Shown here: piece after piece, positions 1 through 8,877 of the stretch
Position numbering within the stretch: position 1 is the stretch's first letter
Layout of the letters: each line of letters begins with the position of its first letter
Assembly: GCA_001822065.1 (NCBI GenBank)
Contig: MHPJ01000015.1
Span: 7,186 to 71,185 of the forward strand
Source of the DNA: Candidatus Staskawiczbacteria bacterium RIFOXYB1_FULL_37_44
GTDB taxonomy: Bacteria; Patescibacteriota; Minisyncoccia; Minisyncoccales; Staskawiczbacteraceae
DNA length: 64,000 nt
Direction: 5' to 3'
Program-made: the position numbers and the translations under genes
The notes under the pieces: model-generated
Databases searched by the model: none
What the model was told of the DNA's origin: nothing
Seen by the model: only the letters and a program-made list of their open reading frames with translations

Positions 1-5
1 AAAAT

Positions 6-1697
6 ATGGAAAGCCAAATTAAAATTTGCCAAAATTGCAAAAAGGACTTTGTAATCGAGCCCGATGATTTTGCATTTTATGAAAAAATGAAAGTGCCCCC
101 GCCAACCTGGTGCCCGGAGTGCAGAATGCAAAGAAGATTTACTTGGCGAAACGAATGGAAGTTGTTTAGAAAAAAAGATGTTCATGGTAAAGAAATTTTT
201 TCTAATTTTCATGAAGATTCTGCGGTTAAAATAATGGAAGTGGCAGAATGGTATTCTGATTCTTGGAATCCAATGCAATATGGCCGCGAGTATGATTTTT
301 CAAAACCATTTTTTGAACAGTTTAAAGAAATAATGTGCCAAGTTCCCATTATGTCTAGATCGGTCTCTAGGCCGGTAAATAGTGATTACTGTTCTAATGC
401 TTCACAGCCCAAAGACTGTTATCTTACATTTGGTTTATCGTATGTAGAAAATTCTGCATATTCTATTTGGGGTGCCAATTCCAAAGACATTTTTGATTGC
501 CATATTTATAGCGAATCAGAGCTTTGTTATGATTGCGTTAATATTACAAAGTGCTATAAAACTTTATATTCTATAGACTGCGAAGGATGCAATGATGTGA
601 TGTTTTGCAAAAATTGCGTTGGATGCAATAATTGTTTTGGATGTATAAATTTAAAAAATAAATCTTATTATATTTTTAATGAAGCATATTCTAAAGAAGA
701 TTATATAAAAAAATTAAAAGAGTTTGGCATAACTTCAAGAATTAATATTGAAGCTCTGCGAGAAAAAAGCATTAAGCATTGGATGCAGTTTCCAAATAAA
801 TTTATTCATGGCAGGCACAATGCCAATGTTTCGGGAGATTATATTTCTAATTCCAAAGATGCCAGAAATTGCTGGCGAATTATTGGAGCCGAGAATGTTA
901 AATATTGTCAAAATTTTACCATGGGTCCTGCAAAAGATTCATATGACCACAGCAACTTTGGAGATGGAACTGAACTAATTTATGAATCGCTTATTGTGGG
1001 TGATGGTGCTTATAATGTGGCGTTTTCATGCCAGTGCTATGTTTCTGTTGCTAACTTGCAATACTGCTTTTACTGCAACAATTCTTCACATTTGTTTGGG
1101 TGCATCAGTTTACATAATAAACAATATTGCATTTTAAATAAGCAATATACAAAAGAAGAGTATGAGGCGCTGGTTCCAAAAATTATTGAGCATATGAAAT
1201 CAACCGGCGAGTATGGAGAATTTTTCCCGGCAGAGATGAGTCCGTTATCATATAATGAATCGTTTGCTGGCGAGATTTTTCCGCTCACAAAAGAAGAAGT
1301 TGAAAAACGCGGGCTTGTTTGGCGAGAACCAAAAGAAAAACAATTTAATGCGACAATGTCCAGCAATGATGTGCCAGATGACATTGCAAATGTTGACGAA
1401 AGCATTACTAAAGAAGTTATCAGTTGCGCCCACGGAGCAAAATGCAAGCATGAGTGCGCGGGCGTGTTTAAGATTACGCAACAAGAACTTCGTTTTTATA
1501 AGTTGCTTAATATTCCTTTGCCTCGCATATGCCAAAACTGCCGGCATTATGCGCGATTTGCCTGGCGCAATCCAGCCAAACTCTGGCATAGGAAATGCAT
1601 GAAACCCGGGTGCACTAATGAATTTGAGACCAGTTATGCTCCAGACCGCCCAGAAATTATTTACTGCGAGCAGTGTTACAATGCCGAAGTGGCGTAG
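6..1697 (+). CDS. Cysteine-rich protein with duplicated terminal zinc-ribbon modules and a central CxxC-rich region (function unknown)
   Basis: 563-aa ORF. N-terminal ICQNCKKDF..FYEKMKVPPPTWCPECR..WRN and C-terminal FKITQQELRFYKLLNIPLPRICQNCR..WRN look like internal duplicates. The middle is dense in CxxC (CEGCNDVMFCKNCVGCNNCFGC). Confidence 0.6.
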   Translation: MESQIKICQNCKKDFVIEPDDFAFYEKMKVPPPTWCPECRMQRRFTWRNEWKLFRKKDVHGKEIFSNFHEDSAVKIMEVAEWYSDSWNPMQYGREYDFSKPFFEQFKEIMCQVPIMSRSVSRPVNSDYCSNASQPKDCYLTFGLSYVENSAYSIWGANSKDIFDCHIYSESELCYDCVNITKCYKTLYSIDCEGCNDVMFCKNCVGCNNCFGCINLKNKSYYIFNEAYSKEDYIKKLKEFGITSRINIEALREKSIKHWMQFPNKFIHGRHNANVSGDYISNSKDARNCWRIIGAENVKYCQNFTMGPAKDSYDHSNFGDGTELIYESLIVGDGAYNVAFSCQCYVSVANLQYCFYCNNSSHLFGCISLHNKQYCILNKQYTKEEYEALVPKIIEHMKSTGEYGEFFPAEMSPLSYNESFAGEIFPLTKEEVEKRGLVWREPKEKQFNATMSSNDVPDDIANVDESITKEVISCAHGAKCKHECAGVFKITQQELRFYKLLNIPLPRICQNCRHYARFAWRNPAKLWHRKCMKPGCTNEFETSYAPDRPEIIYCEQCYNAEVA

Positions 1698-1726
1698 TTG
1701 GTAAAAATATTCTATAATAATTTAAT

Positions 1727-2812
1727 ATGAAAACTTTAAAAGATTTTAGTGTGGCGGATAAGCGCGTTTTAGTGCGGTGTGATTTTAACGTGCCGTTGGA
1801 TGAAAAAGGAAATATTTTAGACGATTTTAGAATTCAAAAAACCTTGCCGACAATAAAATATTTAATTGAGCATAAAGCAAAAATTATTTTAATGAGCCAT
1901 TTGGATCCTAAAAGCACGGGCGTGGCTGATAAAAAATATAATTTAAATAATGTGGCGCAAAGATTGGGCGACCTTCTAAATATGACGATAGAAAAAGAAG
2001 ATGATTGCACGGGGCCAGATGCGGAAAGCGAGTCAAATAAACTGGAAACTGGAAAAATTTTATTGCTGGAAAATTTAAGATTTCATAAGGAAGAAACCCT
2101 TCAACCTGGTTCAGGGCAGGCAGAAAACGATTTGGATTTTGCAAAAAAACTTTCGTATTTGGGAGATATTTATGTAAACGAAGCTTTTTCAGTTTGCCAC
2201 AGAAGTAACGCGTCGGTTAGCCTTGTGCCGCAATTTTTACCAAGCTGCGCGGGATTATTGCTGGAAAAAGAAATTGAAGTTTTAGAAAAGATTTTAGGAA
2301 AATCCCTGCCTGCCGGCAGGCAGGCCGAAAAGCCGATGGTTGCTATTATTGGCGGGAAAAAAGTTGAAACAAAATCAAAATTTATTGATAAAATTTCAGA
2401 GGTGGCGGATTTTGTTTTAATTAGCGGGCTTCTTGCAAAAGAAGTTGTAGAAAAAAACATTAAATTTAAATATCCAGAAAAAATTATATCGCCGGCCGGC
2501 CAGCTTGATTCATTGGATATTAATGAAGAGTCTGTAAAATTATTTCAGGCAAAAATTGCAACGGCAAAAACAATTTTATGGAATGGGCCTTTTGGAAAGT
2601 TTGAGGATGAAAAATACGCAAAAGGAACTTTGGCAATTGCAGAAGCAATAATTAAAAGCAACGCATTTTCTGTTGTCGGGGGAGGCGAAACTGTTGAATT
2701 TTTACAAAAACAAAGTATGATGGACAAGTTCAGCCATGTGTCAACCGGAGGCGGAGCAATGCTGGCATATTTATCGGGAGAAGAATTGCCGGGAATAGAG
2801 GTCTTGAAATAA
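1727..2812 (+). CDS. pgk: Phosphoglycerate kinase
   Basis: 361-aa ORF with KRVLVRCDFNVPLD N-terminal signature, IIGGKKVETK (GGAKV-like) and C-terminal STGGGA motif. Carries two short GC-rich in-frame inserts. Confidence 0.95.
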   Translation: MKTLKDFSVADKRVLVRCDFNVPLDEKGNILDDFRIQKTLPTIKYLIEHKAKIILMSHLDPKSTGVADKKYNLNNVAQRLGDLLNMTIEKEDDCTGPDAESESNKLETGKILLLENLRFHKEETLQPGSGQAENDLDFAKKLSYLGDIYVNEAFSVCHRSNASVSLVPQFLPSCAGLLLEKEIEVLEKILGKSLPAGRQAEKPMVAIIGGKKVETKSKFIDKISEVADFVLISGLLAKEVVEKNIKFKYPEKIISPAGQLDSLDINEESVKLFQAKIATAKTILWNGPFGKFEDEKYAKGTLAIAEAIIKSNAFSVVGGGETVEFLQKQSMMDKFSHVSTGGGAMLAYLSGEELPGIEVLK

Positions 2813-2922
2813 TTTTATAATTTTTAATTTTGTAATTTTATAAATAATGTCTTAATTTTTTGAAATTGAAACATTTAAAAATTATTTAAAAATTAAAAAT
2901 TGGAAAAATTTAAAAATTCGCG

Positions 2923-4068
2923 ATGCAAAAGATAAAAAACATACAACTTGCGGCAGACAGGATAAGAAAAGCGGTCGCCAACAACGAGCGTATTATTTTG
3001 TATGGCGACTCTGATTTGGACGGAATATCTTCGGTTGTAATTTTGGAAGAAGCAATTAAAAGTTTGGGCGGACACATTGATGTTGCTTTTTTTCCGGACA
3101 GGGAAAAAGACGGCTATGGAATAAATTTACGGGCGCTTGAAATGTTAAAACAAAAAGCTCCGGCTCTTTTCATTACATTAGATTTGGGAATTGGAAATAT
3201 AAAAGAAGTTGAAATTGCGAATAAACTGGGTTTTGAGGTGATAATTGTTGACCATCACGAAACATTGTTTGGCATTCCCGCGGCTGCCATAATTGTCGAT
3301 CCAAAACAATTGGAAGATGATTATCCGTTTAAGGGTTTGGCAAATGTCGGAGTTACTTACAACCTTTGCATGGAATTATTGGGAAAAAATATTTCGCAAA
3401 ATTTAATGAACAGTTTTTTTGAGCTGGCAGCTTTGGGCACAATCGCGGATATGGTTCCGCAGGTTGAGCAAAACCAAGAAATAATTGAAAAAGGCTTAAG
3501 ATCGCTAAAAAATACTTTCCGCCCCGCGCTGAGGGCGTTTTTGGAAATTTTAGGAAACGGTGAAGTTTTTGAAGGTTCTTTGCCAAAAATAATTTCGGCT
3601 TTAAATGCTGCCGAATCATTAAATTTTGAAAACGAATCTTACGAGCTTTTAACAGGATCCGACAATAAAAAATGCAAAGAGCTTGCGGAAATGCTTTTAG
3701 GCAAAAATTTTAATAAACAGCTTCAAATTAAAAACATAGTAGAAGAAGTTGAACGGAGAATTTCTAAAAAATCGGAACAGGCAATTATTTTTGAGGGAGA
3801 TCCGGCATGGCACTTAACTTTGGCGGGGTCCGTTGCCTCAATAATGTGTTCAAAGTACAAAAAGCCGGTTTTTATTTTTAAAAAAATGGATGAAGAATCC
3901 TGCGGTTCGGTTAGAAATCCAAAAGGAACAAATTCGGTTGAGGCAATGAAGACCTGCGCCGATTTTTTAATAACTTACGGCGGGCACGCGCAGGCATCGG
4001 GGTTTCGCGTAAAAAATGAAAATTTAAAAAAATTGGAAAGCCGCCTCAATGACTTTTTCAAAAATTGA
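2923..4068 (+). CDS. DHH/DHHA1 phosphoesterase, RecJ-like exonuclease core
   Basis: 381-aa ORF with DSDLDG, IIVDHHE (DHH) and GGHAQASGF (DHHA1) motifs. Shorter than full-length RecJ. Confidence 0.8.
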   Translation: MQKIKNIQLAADRIRKAVANNERIILYGDSDLDGISSVVILEEAIKSLGGHIDVAFFPDREKDGYGINLRALEMLKQKAPALFITLDLGIGNIKEVEIANKLGFEVIIVDHHETLFGIPAAAIIVDPKQLEDDYPFKGLANVGVTYNLCMELLGKNISQNLMNSFFELAALGTIADMVPQVEQNQEIIEKGLRSLKNTFRPALRAFLEILGNGEVFEGSLPKIISALNAAESLNFENESYELLTGSDNKKCKELAEMLLGKNFNKQLQIKNIVEEVERRISKKSEQAIIFEGDPAWHLTLAGSVASIMCSKYKKPVFIFKKMDEESCGSVRNPKGTNSVEAMKTCADFLITYGGHAQASGFRVKNENLKKLESRLNDFFKN

Positions 4069-4100
4069 CAATAGTTTTTAAAAATGTTAATCTGAAATTG

Positions 4101-4404
4101 CCTTAGCAAGGCGGGTGATCGCTCCCGAAAGGGGGAGGAAAGTCCGAACACTTCCTTAAATTTTAAGGAGAAAGGTAGCGGGTAATTCCCGTCCACGGCA
4201 ACGTGCGAGGTGCGAACAGTGACGATACCCCCGCTTAGCGGGGGAGTGAAACGGCTAAATCCTTACCCAAGTGCAAGAACAAAGCCTATATCATTGTTTC
4301 ATCAGTGAAAAGGGTTAAAAGTAGTTCGCTTGACTCTGGCAGTAATGTCATGAGCAGACAGATGATCACATAATACAGAATTCGGCTTACAGCCTTGCTA
4401 AGGC
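4101..4404 (+). ncRNA. rnpB: RNase P RNA (bacterial, compact ~304 nt)
   Basis: Conserved GGAGGAAAGUCCGAACAC (CR-I) at 4134-4151 and ACAGAAUUCGGCUUAC (CR-V) at 4375-4390. Terminal P1 helix ccttagcaaggc (4101-4112) pairs with gccttgctaagg (4392-4403). Confidence 0.9.
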
Positions 4405-4467
4405 CTGCCTGCCGGCAGGCAGGCAACAAAAAAATCGTCTCAAACTTGTTGAAGGACGATTTTTTTG
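4404..4467 (+). terminator. Two hairpins after rnpB: a 20-nt perfect GC palindrome, then a stem plus T-run
   Basis: cctgcctgccggcaggcagg at 4404-4423. Then atcgtc...gacgat (4434-4460) followed by tttttt. Confidence 0.5.
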
Positions 4468-4547
4468 TTAAGATTAACCCAGTTAAATAGCCCTTTGGGC
4501 TAATTTTTTAAATTTTTTAAAAATTATTTAACTGGGTAAACATTATT

Positions 4548-6194
4548 ATGCGTCGCAACTTTCTTAATTCGCAAACAAAAAGCATCAGTTCTGCTTCCTT
4601 AATCCTGGCGGTTTCCTATTTGGCAAGCGCTGTTTTAGGTTTACTGAGAGACCATTTGCTGGCAGGGACTTTTGGAGCCGGAAACGAACTGGACATTTAT
4701 TATTCGGCATTTACTGTTCCGGATTTTATTGCTTTAATTTTAATTTTTGGAGCAATTTCGGCGGCCGTGATTCCAATTTTTAGCGGATATTTATTAAAGG
4801 ACAAAGAGGAGGCGTGGAAATATGTTGCAACTTTGTTAAATGTTTTTCTTGGATTTTTAATTATTATTTGCGTAATTTTAATAATTTTTGCGCCGGCGAT
4901 TGTTTCCATAACAGCACCCGGTTTTTTGGGCCACAAAAAAGATTTGGCGGTTATGCTAATGCGCATTATGTTTTTAAGCCCGATAATTTTGGGGGCTTCA
5001 AATTTAATAAGCGGAATTTTGCAAGTTTTCCACAGGTTTTTGGTAACAGCTTTAGCTCCTTTGCTTTATAATTTGGGAATAATTATCGGCATTGTTTTCT
5101 TTGTGCCAAAATTCGGTTTGGTCGGGCTTGCCTTTGGAGTGGTGCTTGGAGGCGTTTTGCATTTGACAATCCAGCTGCCATCATTTTTACATTCGGGATT
5201 TAAATATCGGTTAAATTTTAATTTTAGAGATCCCGGAATTGTAAAAACAATAAAACTTATGGCGCCCAGGTCTCTTGGTTTGGGAGCGGGACAATTAAAC
5301 ACAATTGCCACCACAGCCATTGCTTCCACTTTAATGGCCGGATCTATCGCGGTTTTTAATTTGGCAAATAATTTGTCGTTAATTTTTATCAATGCAATTG
5401 CCGTTTCTGTTACCACCGCCGCTTTTCCTTCAATGTCTATGGCTTTTTTAAAAAATGAAGGCGATGAATTTTTAAATAAATTTTCCAGCATTTTTAGGCA
5501 GATGATTTTTATAACAACTCCTTTGGCTTTACTAATTTTAATTTTGCGCGCGCAAATTGTAAGGGTTGTTCTGGGAGCAGGCCGTTTTGGCTGGGCCGAC
5601 ACAAAACTAACCACTGCTTGCCTTGGAATATTAGCTTTTAATTTGATCGCGCCTCAGCTGATTTTGTTTTTATCTAAAACTTTTTACGCCGCCCACAACA
5701 CAAAAATTCCGGCAATAATCAGCGGAGCAACAGTTGTTTTTAATATTTGCCTAAGTTTATTTTTGGTGTGGTTCATAAAAGTTTCACCCGGATTTTATAT
5801 ATTTTTGCAAAACTTTTTACGGTTGGGAGGAGCCCAAAATGTTGGAGTTATCGGTCTGGCGTTGTCATATTCAATTTCAGGAATTTTACAAACTTCTTTG
5901 CTATTGTTTATGTTTTATAAAAAATTTCCAAATTTAAAAATAAAAGAAATTTTAAATTCTTTATACAAAGTTTTGATTGCCAGCGCAATAATGTTTACCG
6001 TAACTTTTATTGCAAGGCAAATTTTAGGTTCGGTTGCAAACTTACAGACCTTCTGGGGCGTATTTTTCCAGCTTGTAATTTCTGGCATAATCGGCGTTGC
6101 CACTTACGCCCTTGCCACACACCTATTAAAATCCCCGGAAAACAAAACTATTATTGATTCGTTGTTGAAAAAGTTTGTCTACTCGGCAAAATAA
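4548..6194 (+). CDS. murJ: Lipid II flippase MurJ/MviN
   Basis: 548-aa polytopic membrane ORF with N-terminal SASLILAVSYLASAVLGLLRDHLLAGTFGAG..LDIYYSAF pattern typical of MurJ. Confidence 0.9.
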   Translation: MRRNFLNSQTKSISSASLILAVSYLASAVLGLLRDHLLAGTFGAGNELDIYYSAFTVPDFIALILIFGAISAAVIPIFSGYLLKDKEEAWKYVATLLNVFLGFLIIICVILIIFAPAIVSITAPGFLGHKKDLAVMLMRIMFLSPIILGASNLISGILQVFHRFLVTALAPLLYNLGIIIGIVFFVPKFGLVGLAFGVVLGGVLHLTIQLPSFLHSGFKYRLNFNFRDPGIVKTIKLMAPRSLGLGAGQLNTIATTAIASTLMAGSIAVFNLANNLSLIFINAIAVSVTTAAFPSMSMAFLKNEGDEFLNKFSSIFRQMIFITTPLALLILILRAQIVRVVLGAGRFGWADTKLTTACLGILAFNLIAPQLILFLSKTFYAAHNTKIPAIISGATVVFNICLSLFLVWFIKVSPGFYIFLQNFLRLGGAQNVGVIGLALSYSISGILQTSLLLFMFYKKFPNLKIKEILNSLYKVLIASAIMFTVTFIARQILGSVANLQTFWGVFFQLVISGIIGVATYALATHLLKSPENKTIIDSLLKKFVYSAK

Positions 6195-6240
6195 AATGCA
6201 AGAGCAGTAATTCGCTCAAACACGTCTGAGCGAATATTAA

Positions 6241-6303
6241 CCAGCCCAAAAAGGCTGTTTTTTCTTTGACTACTTTATGCTAAAATTATATGATTAGTTA
6301 ATA
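6241..6303 (+). promoter_or_regulatory. Conserved RM-cassette leader, copy 1 (hairpin/T-run, then TTGACT-17 nt-TATGAT promoter)
   Basis: ccagcccaaaaaggctgttttttctttgactactttatgctaaaattatatgattagttaata. Matches 8811-8873 with about six differences. Confidence 0.55.
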
Positions 6304-7778
6304 TGCTGGGCGCAATAAAAATAAAATCAAGTGTAAAAAATCAAGGGAGAATCTATACTCCTAATTTTATAGTAAAGAACATACTTGATTTGTCGGGCTA
6401 TCAGAATGATATTTTAAAAAAGAATATAATTGATAATAGCTGTGGAGACGGAGCATTTTTGCAGGAAGTGGTAAATAGATATTGCGAATCATTTTTGGTT
6501 CAAAATAAAAATTTGGAAGAATTGAGAGAGCAGTTACAAAAATATATACATGGTATTGAGATTGAAGAAAAAGAGGCTGAAAAATGCATTCAGAATTTAA
6601 GCAGCGAAGTCCAAAAATTTGGGATTTATGATGTAAAATGGGATATTATTTGTGCAGATACATTAGATGTCAAAATTTTCGATGGTAAAATAGATTTTGT
6701 TGTAGGGAATCCTCCATATGTAAGAGTGCATAATTTAGCTGAAAGTTATAACAAGGTTAAACAATTTTCTTTTAGTCAAAATGGAATGACGGATTTGTAC
6801 ATTGTCTTTTTTGAAATAGGATTTAGAATGATAAACAAGACGGGAAAAATGTGCACGATAACTCCAAGTTCCTGTCTTAGAAGTAAGGCCGGAGATAATT
6901 TCAGAAAATTTATTTTTCAGGAAAGAAATTTAAAAGCAATTGTTGACCTCGGCCATTTTCAGCCGTTCGAAGCCACGACATATACAATGATAACTTTGTT
7001 TGAAAACGGTAGTAAAAATAATTCAATAGAATATTACGATTATAATGAAGAAGGAAAAAATCCAGGCGAGAAAGAGTTACTATCTTATTCAGATATTTTT
7101 GTAAATGGAAAGATACATATTTCAAAAAAACACAGCCTATCGTTACTACATAATTTGGAGAATTATAATAATAGCGTTTCAAATAATATTTCGGTAAAGA
7201 ATGGTTTTGCGACTCTTGCGGACAGTGTGTTCATTGGAGATAAAAACTTCAAAGGATTAACAATTGATATTCTCAAGGCATCTACTAATAAATGGTATAA
7301 GTGTATTTTTCCATATGATTTAGGTGGGAAGCCATTAAATATTTTAAATATAAAGAAGCATTCTGATGTTTATGATTATCTTTTAAGTCAAAAAGATTTA
7401 TTAGAGCAAAGAAGTCTTGCTTCAAAAGATGGGTGGTATCTATTTGGCAGAACTCAAGCCATAAAAGATGTATTCAAAAATAAAATTGCAGTAAATAGTA
7501 TTGTAAAAGACAAAAATAGTATTAAGATTGAGCAAGTTCCAGCTGGGGCAGGAGTTTATAGCGGACTATATATTCTTTCAGATTTTTCTTTAAAAGAAAT
7601 AAAAGAAGTGCTGATAAATGATGAGTTTATAGAGTACCTAAAATTATTGAAAAACTATAAAAGTGGGGGGTATTATACTTTTTCTTCATCTGATTTACAA
7701 AAATTTTTAACCTATAAATTAAGAAAAAATAATCATGAACAATCAACAATTTTTACAAACAATAGGTGCTTCGCTTAG
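6303..7778 (+). CDS. N6-adenine DNA methyltransferase (gamma-class; TaqI/Eco57I-like)
   Basis: 491-aa ORF. Motif I IIDNSCGDGAFL precedes motif IV VVGNPPYV. Long C-terminal target-recognition region. Confidence 0.85.
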   Translation: MLGAIKIKSSVKNQGRIYTPNFIVKNILDLSGYQNDILKKNIIDNSCGDGAFLQEVVNRYCESFLVQNKNLEELREQLQKYIHGIEIEEKEAEKCIQNLSSEVQKFGIYDVKWDIICADTLDVKIFDGKIDFVVGNPPYVRVHNLAESYNKVKQFSFSQNGMTDLYIVFFEIGFRMINKTGKMCTITPSSCLRSKAGDNFRKFIFQERNLKAIVDLGHFQPFEATTYTMITLFENGSKNNSIEYYDYNEEGKNPGEKELLSYSDIFVNGKIHISKKHSLSLLHNLENYNNSVSNNISVKNGFATLADSVFIGDKNFKGLTIDILKASTNKWYKCIFPYDLGGKPLNILNIKKHSDVYDYLLSQKDLLEQRSLASKDGWYLFGRTQAIKDVFKNKIAVNSIVKDKNSIKIEQVPAGAGVYSGLYILSDFSLKEIKEVLINDEFIEYLKLLKNYKSGGYYTFSSSDLQKFLTYKLRKNNHEQSTIFTNNRCFA

Positions 7779-8445
7779 GAGGTTTTTGCAGACTCATTCA
7801 AGAAGTAACGAAAAGCTAAAAGTGCTTCATGCAAAAATAGCCGAGGATATTCAGAGCAGATTAGGTAATTCCTATATGATAAAATCTCTTGGCACAGGTG
7901 ATGGGAAAGAGGGCGAAATGATTGGACGTTACATCGACAAAACTGTCGATATTATAATTTCTAAAGATGGGAAAAATCTTGCTGGAATTGGAGTGAAGTT
8001 TGTGATGAATAATTATTCGCAAAATTCTAATAACTATTTTGAAAATATGCTAGGCGAAACAGCCAATATAAGAGCCAACAAAGGAAAGTATTTTCAGGTT
8101 TTTGTATTGCCAGAAGAAATGCCATATTACGACAACACCGGAAAAATACAGAAATGGGAAAAAGTTACAGTCCATAATATTAAAAAATATATCGCGCTTT
8201 CGAATGACAATACGGACACATATTTACACACCCCCATTAAAACCCTATTATTTATTGTTAAATTCCCAGCTTGTGACCTAAAACTTATAAAAACAAGAGA
8301 AAAATATAAAAAATGTTATTTGAAAAACAAAAATATAGAAATACAAACGTCAAATGTTATCTCGGGTAATTTTGGTGATGCAATAATTCTCAACGATTAT
8401 AATAGTTTCGCGGAGAAAGTGGTTTACAATATAAAAAGTATATAA
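7735..8445 (+). CDS. Putative type II restriction endonuclease (partner of the 6303 methyltransferase)
   Basis: 236-aa ORF overlapping the methyltransferase gene end by 44 nt. PD-(D/E)xK-like VDIII..(x11)..IGVKF. Assignment rests on context. Confidence 0.5.
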   Translation: MNNQQFLQTIGASLRRFLQTHSRSNEKLKVLHAKIAEDIQSRLGNSYMIKSLGTGDGKEGEMIGRYIDKTVDIIISKDGKNLAGIGVKFVMNNYSQNSNNYFENMLGETANIRANKGKYFQVFVLPEEMPYYDNTGKIQKWEKVTVHNIKKYIALSNDNTDTYLHTPIKTLLFIVKFPACDLKLIKTREKYKKCYLKNKNIEIQTSNVISGNFGDAIILNDYNSFAEKVVYNIKSI

Positions 8446-8468
8446 AAATTAATTGAGAAATAAAAATT

Positions 8469-8771
8469 ATGGATTATTTAACAATAATACTCATTTTTAT
8501 AATTACGGGGTTGGGGGTGTGGATTTGGCAACTTTTGAGAGTCAGGGTAAGGCCGGGAATTATTGAAAAACAGGCAGAGAAGATGGCGACAAATAGGCAG
8601 GAAGTTTTAAAATTTTTGGAAAATGTGGAAAGAATTAGAAATAATGATGTTGAAAAATTACTGAAAGTTTCCAACGCCACAGCAGAAAGATATTTGGCCG
8701 AACTGGAAAAAGAAGGAGTTTTAAAGCAGGTGGGAGATATTGGGCAGGGAGTGTATTATGTAAAAATATAG
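8469..8771 (+). CDS. Membrane-anchored winged-helix DNA-binding protein
   Basis: 100-aa ORF. N-terminal TM helix, then a DeoR/wHTH-like VEKLLKVSNATAERYLAELEKEGVLKQVG segment. Confidence 0.5.
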   Translation: MDYLTIILIFIITGLGVWIWQLLRVRVRPGIIEKQAEKMATNRQEVLKFLENVERIRNNDVEKLLKVSNATAERYLAELEKEGVLKQVGDIGQGVYYVKI

Positions 8772-8810
8772 CAAAGCATAAATAGCTCACCGCGACGAGT
8801 TATTCTGACC

Positions 8811-8873
8811 CCAGCCCCAAAGGCTGTTTTTGTTTTGACTAGTTTATGTTAAAATTATATGATTAGTTAATAA
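8811..8873 (+). promoter_or_regulatory. Conserved RM-cassette leader, copy 2
   Basis: ccagccccaaaggctgtttttgttttgactagtttatgttaaaattatatgattagttaata. Same hairpin plus TTGACT-17-TATGAT layout as 6241-6303. Confidence 0.55.
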
Positions 8874-8877
8874 AAAT

